From a virus (Duplodnaviria > Caudoviricetes): 64,000 nt of DNA. The position numbers and the translations under genes are program-made. Numbering within the stretch: the stretch's first letter is position 1; each line of letters opens with the position of its first letter. Positions 30,716-40,041 of this stretch are shown in pieces. The notes beneath the pieces were generated by a model. That model saw only the letters and a list, made by a program, of their open reading frames with translations. It was not told where the DNA came from and made no database searches. The stretch spans positions 44,391 to 108,390 of IMG/VR virus record IMGVR_UViG_3300024521_000001. One strand, written 5' to 3'.

Positions 30716-31336
30716 TTAAGCGGTCTGTTCCGCTTGCTTGTCCTTTGGCTGCTCGATATAGAGACCCCGGAGGTACTCTTCAAATTGCTGATTGGCAAAT
30801 TCCTGAAGCGGAATCCCCATGCCCTGCGCGAAGTCCTTGAAAGACTCGGCGCACCACTCAGGCAACTGGATCACGATCTGATCATCCCGGAGAGCCAATC
30901 CATCGACCGCTGATTTCCCTTGAGCGTCTTTGATAGCACCCTGCGCGATCTTGAGCTCCTCTTTCATGGAGAAGATTGCCCCAAAGAGATCAGATGGCCC
31001 TGTCACGTCCTGTCCCAGAAGTTTCTGGATGCGATCACGGTTCTCCTGATCGACGACGAGGACCTGGCCGGCGTATTCTCGTGCTGGTTCCTTCTCCTCC
31101 TCCGGAGCTGGCTTCACTTCTTCCTGGGCCGGTACAGGCGTCTGTACTCGCTCCGGCTTTCCGAATTTCGCGTCGGCCCGCTTGATCGCGTCCTGCATAT
31201 CGCCGGTATCGTTGAACATGTGGCCTGCGTCACAGAAAGTCCCAAACACGCCCTCGCGGTTTTTGAGATAGTTGTCGTTAATGCCCCCGAAGCGGCATGT
31301 TGGACAAAGAACTTCAGATACGGTTACTCCTGGCAT
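30716..31336 (-). CDS. hypothetical protein with N-terminal Zn motif
   Basis: CPTC...CDAGH; AAGGAGG SD. Confidence 0.65.
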   Translation of the reverse strand: MPGVTVSEVLCPTCRFGGINDNYLKNREGVFGTFCDAGHMFNDTGDMQDAIKRADAKFGKPERVQTPVPAQEEVKPAPEEEKEPAREYAGQVLVVDQENRDRIQKLLGQDVTGPSDLFGAIFSMKEELKIAQGAIKDAQGKSAVDGLALRDDQIVIQLPEWCAESFKDFAQGMGIPLQEFANQQFEEYLRGLYIEQPKDKQAEQTA

Positions 31337-31373
31337 AGTGCCTCCTTCTTAATTGTGCGTGTCGCGTCAACCC

Positions 31374-31922
31374 CTACTCGACGATTTCCATTCTCGCCGT
31401 GGGCGCACGCAGTTTCTTTCCCTTCAGCTCACATGGAACGCCTAGGGCGATTGACGGGGTAAAAGGGTGAAGGTAATACGCCTGCTTGAAGCCCGTCTTG
31501 GAGTTTCCTGAGAGCTTCTGTCCACACTTGGGACAATAGGCATCCGGGAAAATCGGAGCGTCGATGAATTGCGGAACAGCAAGTTTTGATTCCTGTCCAC
31601 CGTACATCTTCTCGGACAACTCCTGGCGTTCCTTCCGGATCTTTTCCTGGATTCCAGTTGTGGGTGCAGCTGCTTCCTCAACGGCGGGAATGACCTCCTC
31701 GGTTGTGCTGGCCGGGGGTTCCAACTGGTCGATCTTTTTTGCCCCGTTGGTCACTGTTTCTGGCTCCGGAGCTGCTTCCGTTTCGGGGGCCGCTGCCGTT
31801 TCGACCTTCTCAGGTTCGGGCTTTGCTGCCTTGGCCTTGGTAGCCTTCTTGGTCTTTTTCTGTGGCTTTTCTCCAGCTTCTTCGGGACTGACCTGGGCCA
31901 TGTTTCCTGTCGCTTCTGCCAT
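31374..31922 (-). CDS. hypothetical protein (disordered N-terminus, C-terminal Zn finger)
   Basis: CPKCG...H...C. Confidence 0.65.
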   Translation of the reverse strand: MAEATGNMAQVSPEEAGEKPQKKTKKATKAKAAKPEPEKVETAAAPETEAAPEPETVTNGAKKIDQLEPPASTTEEVIPAVEEAAAPTTGIQEKIRKERQELSEKMYGGQESKLAVPQFIDAPIFPDAYCPKCGQKLSGNSKTGFKQAYYLHPFTPSIALGVPCELKGKKLRAPTARMEIVE

Positions 31923-31931
31923 GTTTTCCTC

Positions 31932-33878
31932 CTAAAGTAGATTAAAAGTGGATTCTTTCCCGTATGCGTTGTCTGGATAGCGATCATGAATGGGAGAGTA
32001 ATCCGTGTTGTGAAAGTCCTTGCGGGGGTCCCGCATAACTACGCTCTGTTTTTCTTCCAACAGATCCGGATGGACCTGTCCGAGACATTTGGTAGCGATC
32101 ATTCCTGCAAAGAGGGCATCATCGAATGTTCCCGCTCGGGCCTCGTAGCGATTATCACCTGAGTCGATGAAGGTCCAGCACTCATTGAGCAGCCGTTGTG
32201 AGCGAATGTGGAGCAAATCTTCATCCATCATCGTCTTGAAATTGTCGATCAAAGCATTGCGGCTGCGCGTCTGAGTCACCCATCCGAAGTAGTTGGTGAG
32301 ATGCCCTTTCGTTTTATCTGCCCACCGCCAACGGTAGAGGTTAGGATACTTCAAGTGGTGAAGTAAACTTTCCAGAACCGTTTGAATGTTGTACTCGACG
32401 GAGAACTGACAGGTGTTGTAGAGAAAGCCCAGGGCTGCGATCCGTCGAGCAAAGGGAGTTCCCCCCTTGTGGCCTCTGTACTCAGCGACCTGGGGAATCG
32501 GCAAGTGGGTTTGTGTGACTCTCCACATCGAAGCAGCTGAGTAATCCTTGCCTGGAACGCCATGGCCCGGGTCAGCTCCCCCGTAATAGACCTTGTTCAT
32601 CTTTGGAAATTCCCAAATCCAAAGAGGAGCATCGTTCATATTCCCGTACTCAATCAACTGAGGCGTTTTCTGCCCATTCTTCTGTGTGACCAGCTCGATA
32701 TCTCCAAACCAGACCGGCTTGCGAATGTAACGCTTTTGGATCCTTCGCAGTTTCCTCTGTTCCCAGGGGATCGTCCCTTGGACTCGAAAGGCTGCTTCCG
32801 GAAAGGACGGATACTCCTGCTCAACCATTTCGGGGTCCTGGTCGACAGCCTCAAAGTCAGCAGCGGTTTCCCTTCTCCAGTTCAACTGCTCCCGGCTCAG
32901 CTCGACTCCGTTATCCTCTCGGATCTTGAGGACCAGGTCCCTCTCGTCCTCGGTAGCTTTGAAATCATCTCGTTCCTCTCTGTTGACAAACGGCTTGCTG
33001 TATTCCTTCTGCTTCCACCAGGGACAGAACTTCGGCCTCCAGCTCAAAGCTCCTTGCTCGGCACGCTGATAGAGACGATGGTAAGGATCTTCTATGCCCT
33101 CAGCAGTTCCTTCCATGACCCAGACAGACAGCCTGTTCGCTTTGGTAGCTGCAGGAAACAGATCTCGAGTGAGGATCTTCAGGTCGCGCCACAAGCTGAT
33201 CTCTGTCAGGTGTCCATTTTGCAGGGTGAAGCCACGACTTGATCCAGTCGGTTTATTGGCCGCATCCACGAAGAAGTTAGAACGGAGGCCTGGGCGTTCC
33301 AACCGCTGTTTCTTATCTTTCCGATCGAACCGCATGAACTCACCATGCACTTCGTACTGGATCTCGGGACGCAACCACCAGGGCAAACAATCGTAGGCCA
33401 ACCGGCTCATATCGAAGATATGAGAGGAGCGAATCCGCTCGTCGGCAATCACTAGACTATTCGTGAGTTCGTTGAAGATAGTCCGGTAGAAAATCATGGC
33501 CTGGACCATCGTAGACCAACCGATTTGACGAGCTTTGAGGAGAATCCATTTGATGGGAATGTTGGCTTCCCAGGATTCCTCAACGTCTTCCCAAAGGATC
33601 TCCTGGCTCTCCCAGAGGGGATAGAGTGTAATCAACTTAGGTGCGCTGTACTCGTCACCCTTCGTGGCGATCACATGATAGTTTTCAAGGTAGTACCGGA
33701 CGTTCTCCGGGGCATTTCCGTAGATACGTCCCAATTCCCTGTTTAGCGTTCTGCTTTCGTCTGGAAGGAGGTTCTGCCAACACGAACGAACATCCCCATC
33801 GAAGCCTTTGAGCTTCTCATCGAAATGCTCGATGATCCCTTCAACGTACTTATCTTTCCTTTGAACAACGTGCGGCAT
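31932..33878 (-). CDS. terL: terminase large subunit
   Basis: Walker A ILLKARQIGWST, HLTEISLW (Walker B region), MEGTA, QEYP, and nuclease GADP...DYS and FDDALFA motifs. Confidence 0.95.
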   Translation of the reverse strand: MPHVVQRKDKYVEGIIEHFDEKLKGFDGDVRSCWQNLLPDESRTLNRELGRIYGNAPENVRYYLENYHVIATKGDEYSAPKLITLYPLWESQEILWEDVEESWEANIPIKWILLKARQIGWSTMVQAMIFYRTIFNELTNSLVIADERIRSSHIFDMSRLAYDCLPWWLRPEIQYEVHGEFMRFDRKDKKQRLERPGLRSNFFVDAANKPTGSSRGFTLQNGHLTEISLWRDLKILTRDLFPAATKANRLSVWVMEGTAEGIEDPYHRLYQRAEQGALSWRPKFCPWWKQKEYSKPFVNREERDDFKATEDERDLVLKIREDNGVELSREQLNWRRETAADFEAVDQDPEMVEQEYPSFPEAAFRVQGTIPWEQRKLRRIQKRYIRKPVWFGDIELVTQKNGQKTPQLIEYGNMNDAPLWIWEFPKMNKVYYGGADPGHGVPGKDYSAASMWRVTQTHLPIPQVAEYRGHKGGTPFARRIAALGFLYNTCQFSVEYNIQTVLESLLHHLKYPNLYRWRWADKTKGHLTNYFGWVTQTRSRNALIDNFKTMMDEDLLHIRSQRLLNECWTFIDSGDNRYEARAGTFDDALFAGMIATKCLGQVHPDLLEEKQSVVMRDPRKDFHNTDYSPIHDRYPDNAYGKESTFNLL

Positions 33879-34486
33879 TAAGCGTCAGCTCCCACGCCCA
33901 TCTTTTCGATTTTCTCTTTCAGGTCCGTGTACTCATCATCCGACATGCTTGGGCTCTCCGCTTTCAGCTTGTCGAGTTCCTCGTGCATAGCTGCCGTTTC
34001 CTCATCAAACGGATTGAAACTGCCCTCGCTCTGGACCAGGCGCCCGTGAAACTGATCTATCGCTTTGCGGGTAACTCCAAATTCCCTGGCGAGTTGAGCG
34101 TCAAGGGATCGAGCGATTGTGATGAAATACCAGCTGGTATAGAGAATGGCTGCTATCCCGGCAAAAAAGATTCCAGCTCCTACTCCCGCAACTCCTATAG
34201 CCAAGACAAACCAACTGGCCGACGCGGGGATCGGCGGTAATTGAGCGAGGTTCATGACTATCGTCGATAAGACCGCCGGCATGACCAGCCAAGCACCATA
34301 CAGGAGGGTTCCCCAAAGGAAGCACCAAAAGGCAACTCTAGGTAGGCCCGATCTAGCTACCTCTCTACCGATAGACTTCAACCATTCCCAGGGTGTAAAG
34401 GAATACCAAGCGGTGAGGGCCACACCGAGAAGCACTTGCAATATCTGGTGTCTGGATACGAAAGCTCGTACAGCTAGAAATCCCAT
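33878..34486 (-). CDS. membrane protein
   Basis: Three hydrophobic segments and an acidic tail. Confidence 0.65.
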   Translation of the reverse strand: MGFLAVRAFVSRHQILQVLLGVALTAWYSFTPWEWLKSIGREVARSGLPRVAFWCFLWGTLLYGAWLVMPAVLSTIVMNLAQLPPIPASASWFVLAIGVAGVGAGIFFAGIAAILYTSWYFITIARSLDAQLAREFGVTRKAIDQFHGRLVQSEGSFNPFDEETAAMHEELDKLKAESPSMSDDEYTDLKEKIEKMGVGADA

Positions 34487-35124
34487 TCGGGTCCTTTCTC
34501 TTCTTCTACTTCCTCGACTGGATTGGATTCAATATCGACAACCTTGGCCGCGGCAATACTCTCTTCCTGTTCTTTGCGGAGCCTCCGAATCCGTTCCTCG
34601 AAGTCCTCGCCCTGTCCGACTATGGCGTTATTGGTCTGATTCACATTGACGACCGTGCCAACCACAGCCGGTTTCTGCTCCAGTGAGACGAGCTTCTGAA
34701 ATTCTTTTACGGCCTGGAGCATCATATTCCAGTCCTTCGCGGTAGCGGTGATGACCTTCCCTTTTGCTTGGTCAAAGAAAACGAACTTCTTATTGCCCGT
34801 CACCATATGATCCAGAGCCTTGAGAACCTTGGAGTGAAGTTTGTCGCGGATCAGCTTGCGGATTTTCTCGTTAGCCAACTCCCCGTCGAGCCGGTCCCGC
34901 ATGACTGCATTTTGAACAAGGGTCTCGAACTTCTTTTCGTAGGCAAGAATATCTGCCCTTACCGTGCCTTCCTTGACCTCGTCTGCTACGGCAATTTGCT
35001 CGATCGTTTCCCCGTTCCTGTAGCGTTGATAGCGTTTCCCGGCCATCGTGTTTTCGGCTACGCTCAGTTTTTCCAGTTCTGCGTAATCGGGGGCAAGAGC
35101 CAGGGCTTCGTTGTTTTTAGCCAT
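34474..35124 (-). CDS. putative terminase small subunit
   Basis: N-terminal HTH (GETIEQIAVADEVKEGTVRAD), helical core and VNVNQTNN tail; upstream of TerL. Confidence 0.55.
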   Translation of the reverse strand: MAKNNEALALAPDYAELEKLSVAENTMAGKRYQRYRNGETIEQIAVADEVKEGTVRADILAYEKKFETLVQNAVMRDRLDGELANEKIRKLIRDKLHSKVLKALDHMVTGNKKFVFFDQAKGKVITATAKDWNMMLQAVKEFQKLVSLEQKPAVVGTVVNVNQTNNAIVGQGEDFEERIRRLRKEQEESIAAAKVVDIESNPVEEVEEEKGPEWDF

Positions 35125-35656
35125 TCTCTCTCCTGCACTCTTTGAGCTTCCTTTTTGCGTACGTCACTTGCTTTTGCAGCAATAAGATTTTCGATTTGTA
35201 TTTCAACCGAATCTGTGTGATCAGCTCCTTCTTGTGGCGGTGGAGGATATATTCGAGAAGTCCTTCAGGTGATAGAGCCAGAGTTCCTCTCTGGCACGCT
35301 TCACTCACAGCCGTTGCTTTCATTCCCAGGATACGAGCTGCCAGGCAAACCGGAATCTTCCGTACAGTATGGGGATTGATCCAGTCAGAGCGATTCCTAC
35401 CCACGAGTCCGTTACTGCAATCGTTCTCAGTCATGAGACGATTCAGTTCTTCAAGACGAACCCGGATGAGTTTCGGTACGATTCTGTGGGGAATATGGAA
35501 AGCGCGAACGAAGCCTTCTTTGATGAGCCTCCTGAGTGTGGCGCGGGTGATTCCCAGGAGTACAGCCGCTTCTCCCTGGCTGACTGACCTATGCCTTTGC
35601 GTTACTTCAGGCGGGATCGGTTCAGGATACTCTACGTTGGTCGCCAATATGTTCAT
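35117..35656 (-). CDS. excisionase/MerR-like HTH DNA-binding protein (two HTH units)
   Basis: SQGEAAVLLGITRATLRRLIKEG and LAARILGMKATAVSEACQRG. Confidence 0.7.
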   Translation of the reverse strand: MNILATNVEYPEPIPPEVTQRHRSVSQGEAAVLLGITRATLRRLIKEGFVRAFHIPHRIVPKLIRVRLEELNRLMTENDCSNGLVGRNRSDWINPHTVRKIPVCLAARILGMKATAVSEACQRGTLALSPEGLLEYILHRHKKELITQIRLKYKSKILLLQKQVTYAKRKLKECRRENG

Positions 35657-35774
35657 TCAGCCTCTATTCTGAGCATACTGAGGCTGTCAAGGGTAAACTT
35701 GAACTTGGTCAGGGGGATTGGTTAAGATAGTAATGTAAGTTCCCTAAGATATTCCCTATCCTGGGTGAACCACT

Positions 35775-35802
35775 GAACAGGCTCTCTTCGGAGGGCCTGT
35801 TC
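35775..35802. terminator. hairpin (putative terminator)
   Basis: GAACAGGCTCTC-TTCG-GAGGGCCTGTTC, just after the stop of 35813-37411. Confidence 0.55.
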
Positions 35803-35812
35803 TAATTTTAGC

Positions 35813-37411
35813 CTAGCCGTAATCAACTATTGTTCCGGGCGGTGTGTGGTTCCTGGAAATTCCACCAAGCCCTGATCCCCCGATTGACGCGAAAGGATCA
35901 AATTCACCTGGAACTGGAATCCGTTGAACCTGCACAAGGGGTTCAGCGGGAAAGTCTCCACCATCGAAGGGATCGTTCTCGTAGGCTGTGCCAGGAACGG
36001 TCACAGTGATGGCTTCACCGGCGGTAATATCGTAGGCGGGTGATGCTGTCAGGGTGATTGTCACCACCGTATCGCTGGTGCGCACGACAGCCCCGACCAC
36101 TTCCTTGTCCCGAACCTCGTTATTCCAACCCGTCAGCTCCGACTGTGCGGAGTCCATACCGTCGATGATGTTCTGTCGCTGCGCCTCAAACGTGGCCCCG
36201 GCCGCAACCCAGGTCGCGTTGGTCAGGGTGATAGTGAGAACTTTCCCGCCATCGACAATATTCTGCTCCACGGTCAGGTCGGCCAGGGTCCCGCCGAGAT
36301 CCGCTAACGCGGCCAGCTCGTTGTACTTGATGACCCCGCCATCGTTGACGAAGTAGGCGAGTGTGGGTCTTCCCTCTCGGGTGAAGAAATTACCCGAAAC
36401 AAAGGTAACCGATCCGGCGAACTCCAAGGTATCTACTCCCCAACCTCCGCTGTTGGTGTTCTCGTCACGGTACAGATCACCGTCACTCTGCCTCGCGTAA
36501 AGGGCGTAGACTCGGTCCACATCGGACTTGACGAAAAGGGAAGCCATCACTTGTTCGTTGTCGACAACGGGAGAGCTGTCGCTGACCTGTTCTTGAGCTC
36601 CTGGCACTCCATCGGCGTCGATCTCTGCGGAGAACAGTTCCCCACTCGTCATGTGTGCGGTGGTGATCCGCTCCACCCCGGTTGCATCGTAAAAGGCAGG
36701 ACGAGGAAGTATGAAATCTTCGGTGTCCGTTGCCGTATCGTTGGTGTTTTCGGCAGCGGAAAGGGTATTTCCTGAAGTCAGGCTCTTGTGGACCGCATTG
36801 GAGTTGGTGTCGTCGTGATAGACGAAATGCACCTTATCACCGGCCCCTAAGACACAGCCGCAAAAGAAAAAATCGACCTCGCCTCCGTCGTCCAGGGCGA
36901 TATCCGAAGTCCACACGGCCCCGTCTTTACGAGCGAAGTTGGCTCTCTGCTTCTGCCCCATGTTTGATACGGTTGGCCCCTGGTAACCGATGACAGGCCC
37001 TCCGCTTCTCACGGCTATGTCGATGTTCTTATTGGCATCGGTGGGTGTTACGCCTTCTCCTCCAGTGTCTTCATTGCTGGTGGTGAAAGTGTCGCTGGAC
37101 ATTGAAAAGACGTGATAAAGGATCGGCTCGGTGGGACCTGTGGCACGAATCGTGGTTGCGATATGAATGTTGTCCCCAAGTTGAGTCGCAGCATAAGAGA
37201 AGATTTCAGGATTGCCTCCGGACTGAGTAAGGCTGGCTGCCAGAGTGAAGCCATCCTCCGGAGAGGCTAACTTGATGATATCCAGGTCGCCTAAGTTTGT
37301 GTCGTTCTGAAAGACGCCATAGACAGCCCCGCTGCTGGACACAAAGGGACCGCTCTTTCCAGCTGCTCTTGCGAGGGCGGTTACGCCAGTGATCGTGGTC
37401 GGAAAAGGCAT
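35813..37411 (-). CDS. beta-propeller plus Ig-like virion-type protein
   Basis: Repeated blade-like motifs; C-terminal VVRTSDTVVTITL Ig-like segment. Confidence 0.6.
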   Translation of the reverse strand: MPFPTTITGVTALARAAGKSGPFVSSSGAVYGVFQNDTNLGDLDIIKLASPEDGFTLAASLTQSGGNPEIFSYAATQLGDNIHIATTIRATGPTEPILYHVFSMSSDTFTTSNEDTGGEGVTPTDANKNIDIAVRSGGPVIGYQGPTVSNMGQKQRANFARKDGAVWTSDIALDDGGEVDFFFCGCVLGAGDKVHFVYHDDTNSNAVHKSLTSGNTLSAAENTNDTATDTEDFILPRPAFYDATGVERITTAHMTSGELFSAEIDADGVPGAQEQVSDSSPVVDNEQVMASLFVKSDVDRVYALYARQSDGDLYRDENTNSGGWGVDTLEFAGSVTFVSGNFFTREGRPTLAYFVNDGGVIKYNELAALADLGGTLADLTVEQNIVDGGKVLTITLTNATWVAAGATFEAQRQNIIDGMDSAQSELTGWNNEVRDKEVVGAVVRTSDTVVTITLTASPAYDITAGEAITVTVPGTAYENDPFDGGDFPAEPLVQVQRIPVPGEFDPFASIGGSGLGGISRNHTPPGTIVDYG

Positions 37412-38079
37412 TAGAGGAAGTCCCAGGTCCGATAGTCAATAAAACTTTGGTCAGGTTTAAGAGCCTTCCAATCTGCAAGCGATTGGCGGTTGAAGGCAGG
37501 ATCAACCTTCCAGTCATCATCCGTTGGCTCAAAAGTCTTAATCATGTGAATCACATGATCGTTGGGTGTCGGGCCAAACAGCCGAGCTGCTGAGGTATTG
37601 AAGAAGGGGATCAGCTCAATGTCGTCGTAGCTCTCCAGGACGCTCTCAGTAATCACCCAATCGAACTGAGTGCCTCCGGTCAGGGCGTTGATCTCTGCGG
37701 GTGTGATGGAGTTGATTCCCCGCTCCGCAAAGGAAACGTCAGGTCGTGCTTCAACGGCCCGGACGTTGGCAACGTGGGTACTGCTGTCCTGTCCCCAGAT
37801 GTTGGTGAAGCCCAGGTCGATGAAGGCTTCGATCAGGTAGCCCAGGCCGCAGCCCATCACCCAGATCCGGTCTGTCGCTCCAAGCCCGAACGCGCTGATC
37901 AGTTCGTTGGCTCGATCTTCGTACTCGGTGATATCGCTGTTGTAGGGATTGCTGAAGTGCTGAGCGAACAAACGCCCGTAGCCTACCCATTGCCCGAATT
38001 GAGGATGATTGGGATCCCGAATGTTTTGCCGATAGTGATCGTCAAACTCAGCTTCGGTGTCCCACGTTACACGCGGCAT
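37411..38079 (-). CDS. class I SAM-dependent methyltransferase-like protein
   Basis: IWVMGCGLGYLI motif I and FDWVITESVLE. Confidence 0.75.
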   Translation of the reverse strand: MPRVTWDTEAEFDDHYRQNIRDPNHPQFGQWVGYGRLFAQHFSNPYNSDITEYEDRANELISAFGLGATDRIWVMGCGLGYLIEAFIDLGFTNIWGQDSSTHVANVRAVEARPDVSFAERGINSITPAEINALTGGTQFDWVITESVLESYDDIELIPFFNTSAARLFGPTPNDHVIHMIKTFEPTDDDWKVDPAFNRQSLADWKALKPDQSFIDYRTWDFL

Positions 38080-38411
38080 CAGTATTCTTCAAAGAGTACG
38101 GTCGCGCCATCATCAGCGGTGTCGGCGTTGATGAAATAGTCAGCCAGGTTGTAGGGATTGGGTCCAACTCCCGAAGGAGGGGGAGAATAGGACTGTCCAG
38201 TGGCTAGCCTGGTTCCAAACGCATCTTGAGGGGTCCCTGAGCCATTGCCGACGTTTTCACTACCGACGTAGATATCTCCGGTGTTCGTTCCTGGGGAAGC
38301 TCCGGTTTTACCTGCCTGGATGGTGAAGTGATTGACCGATTTCGACGTTGCCGAAAGCGGAACAGGTGTTCCCGGAGCGGTGACCACTACTTCTAATTCT
38401 CCTACTGCCAT
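38079..38411 (-). CDS. small virion-type protein (paralogue family C)
   Basis: PGTPVPLSATS...IQA...NTGDIYVG. Confidence 0.65.
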   Translation of the reverse strand: MAVGELEVVVTAPGTPVPLSATSKSVNHFTIQAGKTGASPGTNTGDIYVGSENVGNGSGTPQDAFGTRLATGQSYSPPPSGVGPNPYNLADYFINADTADDGATVLFEEY

Positions 38412-38414
38412 TTG

Positions 38415-38597
38415 TTACCTCCTACTTGACGATCTTCCAGTTGCGGTCCTGGTCGGTTTTCTTTTGGTGAGTCTGCTTTTCACCGGGGACAATAACTCTT
38501 TGATTGTCCTGGCCGCTCCCGTTGGCGGGGGCTTGATCGGGACCTGTTTCTTGGGTGCGCTTTTCTTTTTCCCGCCCAATAAACCAAAAAGTGCCAT
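38415..38597 (-). CDS. small basic protein 5
   Basis: K/R-rich; ends KRKPTRTATGRSSSRR. Confidence 0.65.
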   Translation of the reverse strand: MALFGLLGGKKKSAPKKQVPIKPPPTGAARTIKELLSPVKSRLTKRKPTRTATGRSSSRR

Positions 38598-39055
38598 TAC
38601 CGTCCTCCGTATCGAGTGGACCGCCTGGTGGTCCTGGTCGATTTTCTTTTGAAGGGCCTGTTTAACTCTTGGATTGTTCGTTCTGAGGCTGTAGCCAGAG
38701 GTGTTCCTGCTGTTCCAGCGATCTTAGGGATCACATCTCCTACCATTTCGCGGGTTGTTTCCCTGGTCCTGAGAGCTCCTCCGACTCCCCTTAGAGCTCC
38801 CCTGACTGCTTTCTTTCTCCTGCTGACAGGTTTCGTTCTTGCAGCCTCGATCTTCTCTTTTGTGAGCGTCGGAGTTTGCGTTTTTGCTGGTGGGGCCGGT
38901 GTGTCCTTGTTGAAGACTTCCCGGACACGCTTCACGCGGGGATCAGTTAAGACTGCTTTCTTCGCAGCACCAGCGGTCTTTTTCGCTCCCCGGCCAATGG
39001 CACGGCCCACTGTGCCGAGGAGAGTGCCCTTTTTCTTTTTTTCTTCGTCGGCCAT
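38597..39055 (-). CDS. small basic protein 4
   Basis: K/R-rich; ends KRKSTRTTRRSTRYGGR. Confidence 0.7.
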   Translation of the reverse strand: MADEEKKKKGTLLGTVGRAIGRGAKKTAGAAKKAVLTDPRVKRVREVFNKDTPAPPAKTQTPTLTKEKIEAARTKPVSRRKKAVRGALRGVGGALRTRETTREMVGDVIPKIAGTAGTPLATASERTIQELNRPFKRKSTRTTRRSTRYGGR

Positions 39056-39262
39056 TTAATGTCTCCTTGACTCACGACTGGACTTGCGGGCTTTCTCTCG
39101 CTTGTGGTCTTCTCTTTGTTTCTTCGCAGCGCGGCCATAGACTGTAGTCCCGGCTCGCTTCTTGAGCGATTGCACACGCTGATCCCGCGCAATTTGAGCG
39201 TCCATTCGTTTAATCACGCCCTTTTGTTCAGCGGAAAGATGTGGACTGAGCTTCTCGGCCAT
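39056..39262 (-). CDS. small basic protein 3
   Basis: Ends KARKSSRESRRH. Confidence 0.7.
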   Translation of the reverse strand: MAEKLSPHLSAEQKGVIKRMDAQIARDQRVQSLKKRAGTTVYGRAAKKQREDHKREKARKSSRESRRH

Positions 39263-39265
39263 GGG

Positions 39266-39607
39266 TTATCTCCCTGACTTGCGGGCTGAGTCACGACTGG
39301 ACTTGCGGGTTTTCTTTCGTAAGGGCTTAAGACCAATTCTACCCCGCTCAAAAGGAACTTTTGGACTCCTGGGTTTTCTGCCCTCCTTGGTTCGTCCTAA
39401 GCCGATATAGCTGTGCTTCTTGAGCTCTCGCTTCTTGAACTGCTTTGGAATGATCTCTTTTTTGATGAACATTGAGGCCATACTGCCAGACCCCCGAGGA
39501 ACATCGCCTTTGGGAGCAGGGCGGCTTATTCTCTCGGACTTCATCTTGAAGCCAGCCTTCTTTTGCCCTTTTTCCCTCAATGCTCTGATTGCGTCTTTCC
39601 CAGGCAT
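39266..39607 (-). CDS. small basic protein 2
   Basis: Ends KKTRKSSRDSARKSGR. Confidence 0.7.
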   Translation of the reverse strand: MPGKDAIRALREKGQKKAGFKMKSERISRPAPKGDVPRGSGSMASMFIKKEIIPKQFKKRELKKHSYIGLGRTKEGRKPRSPKVPFERGRIGLKPLRKKTRKSSRDSARKSGR

Positions 39608-39610
39608 AGG

Positions 39611-39964
39611 TTACCTCCCTGAGCTTCGAGTTGACTTGCGGGTGGATTTGCGAGCCTTCTTCCTCATGCCAACAGGAAGCGATTCAGTGGCTCCCCTGGC
39701 TGCTCCCCCTCTCGCTGCCTCTCTAGCTTCCTTGAGCTTCTTCTGCCTTTCTGTTTCGGCTTTGGGAAACACGGCTCCTCGAAGTGTCTGACCAATGCTT
39801 CTGCCTGCACCGAGGACAATGTCGGAAACGCTGCGCTTGGGTGGGGGATTCTTCCGGACCATTTCGTGACCGGCACGTTCACTTCGACCGGCCTGGATAT
39901 CGGCGGCTCGTTGAGCCACGGTCGCTCCTTTTGGGAGCGGTTTCCTTTTTGTTGACTCTGCCAT
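39611..39964 (-). CDS. small basic protein 1
   Basis: AGGAGG SD; ends KKARKSTRKSTRSSGR. Confidence 0.7.
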   Translation of the reverse strand: MAESTKRKPLPKGATVAQRAADIQAGRSERAGHEMVRKNPPPKRSVSDIVLGAGRSIGQTLRGAVFPKAETERQKKLKEAREAARGGAARGATESLPVGMRKKARKSTRKSTRSSGR

Positions 39965-40009
39965 GGTGACTTCCTCCTATGTCCAGTATCCGCAGCTTGT
40001 CAACACCAA

Positions 40010-40041
40010 AAAGAAAAGGAGCAGCCGAAGCCGCTCCTTTT
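40010..40041 (-). terminator. intrinsic terminator
   Basis: AAAAGGAGCGGC-TTCG-GCTGCTCCTTTT followed by CTTTT on the minus strand. Confidence 0.8.
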
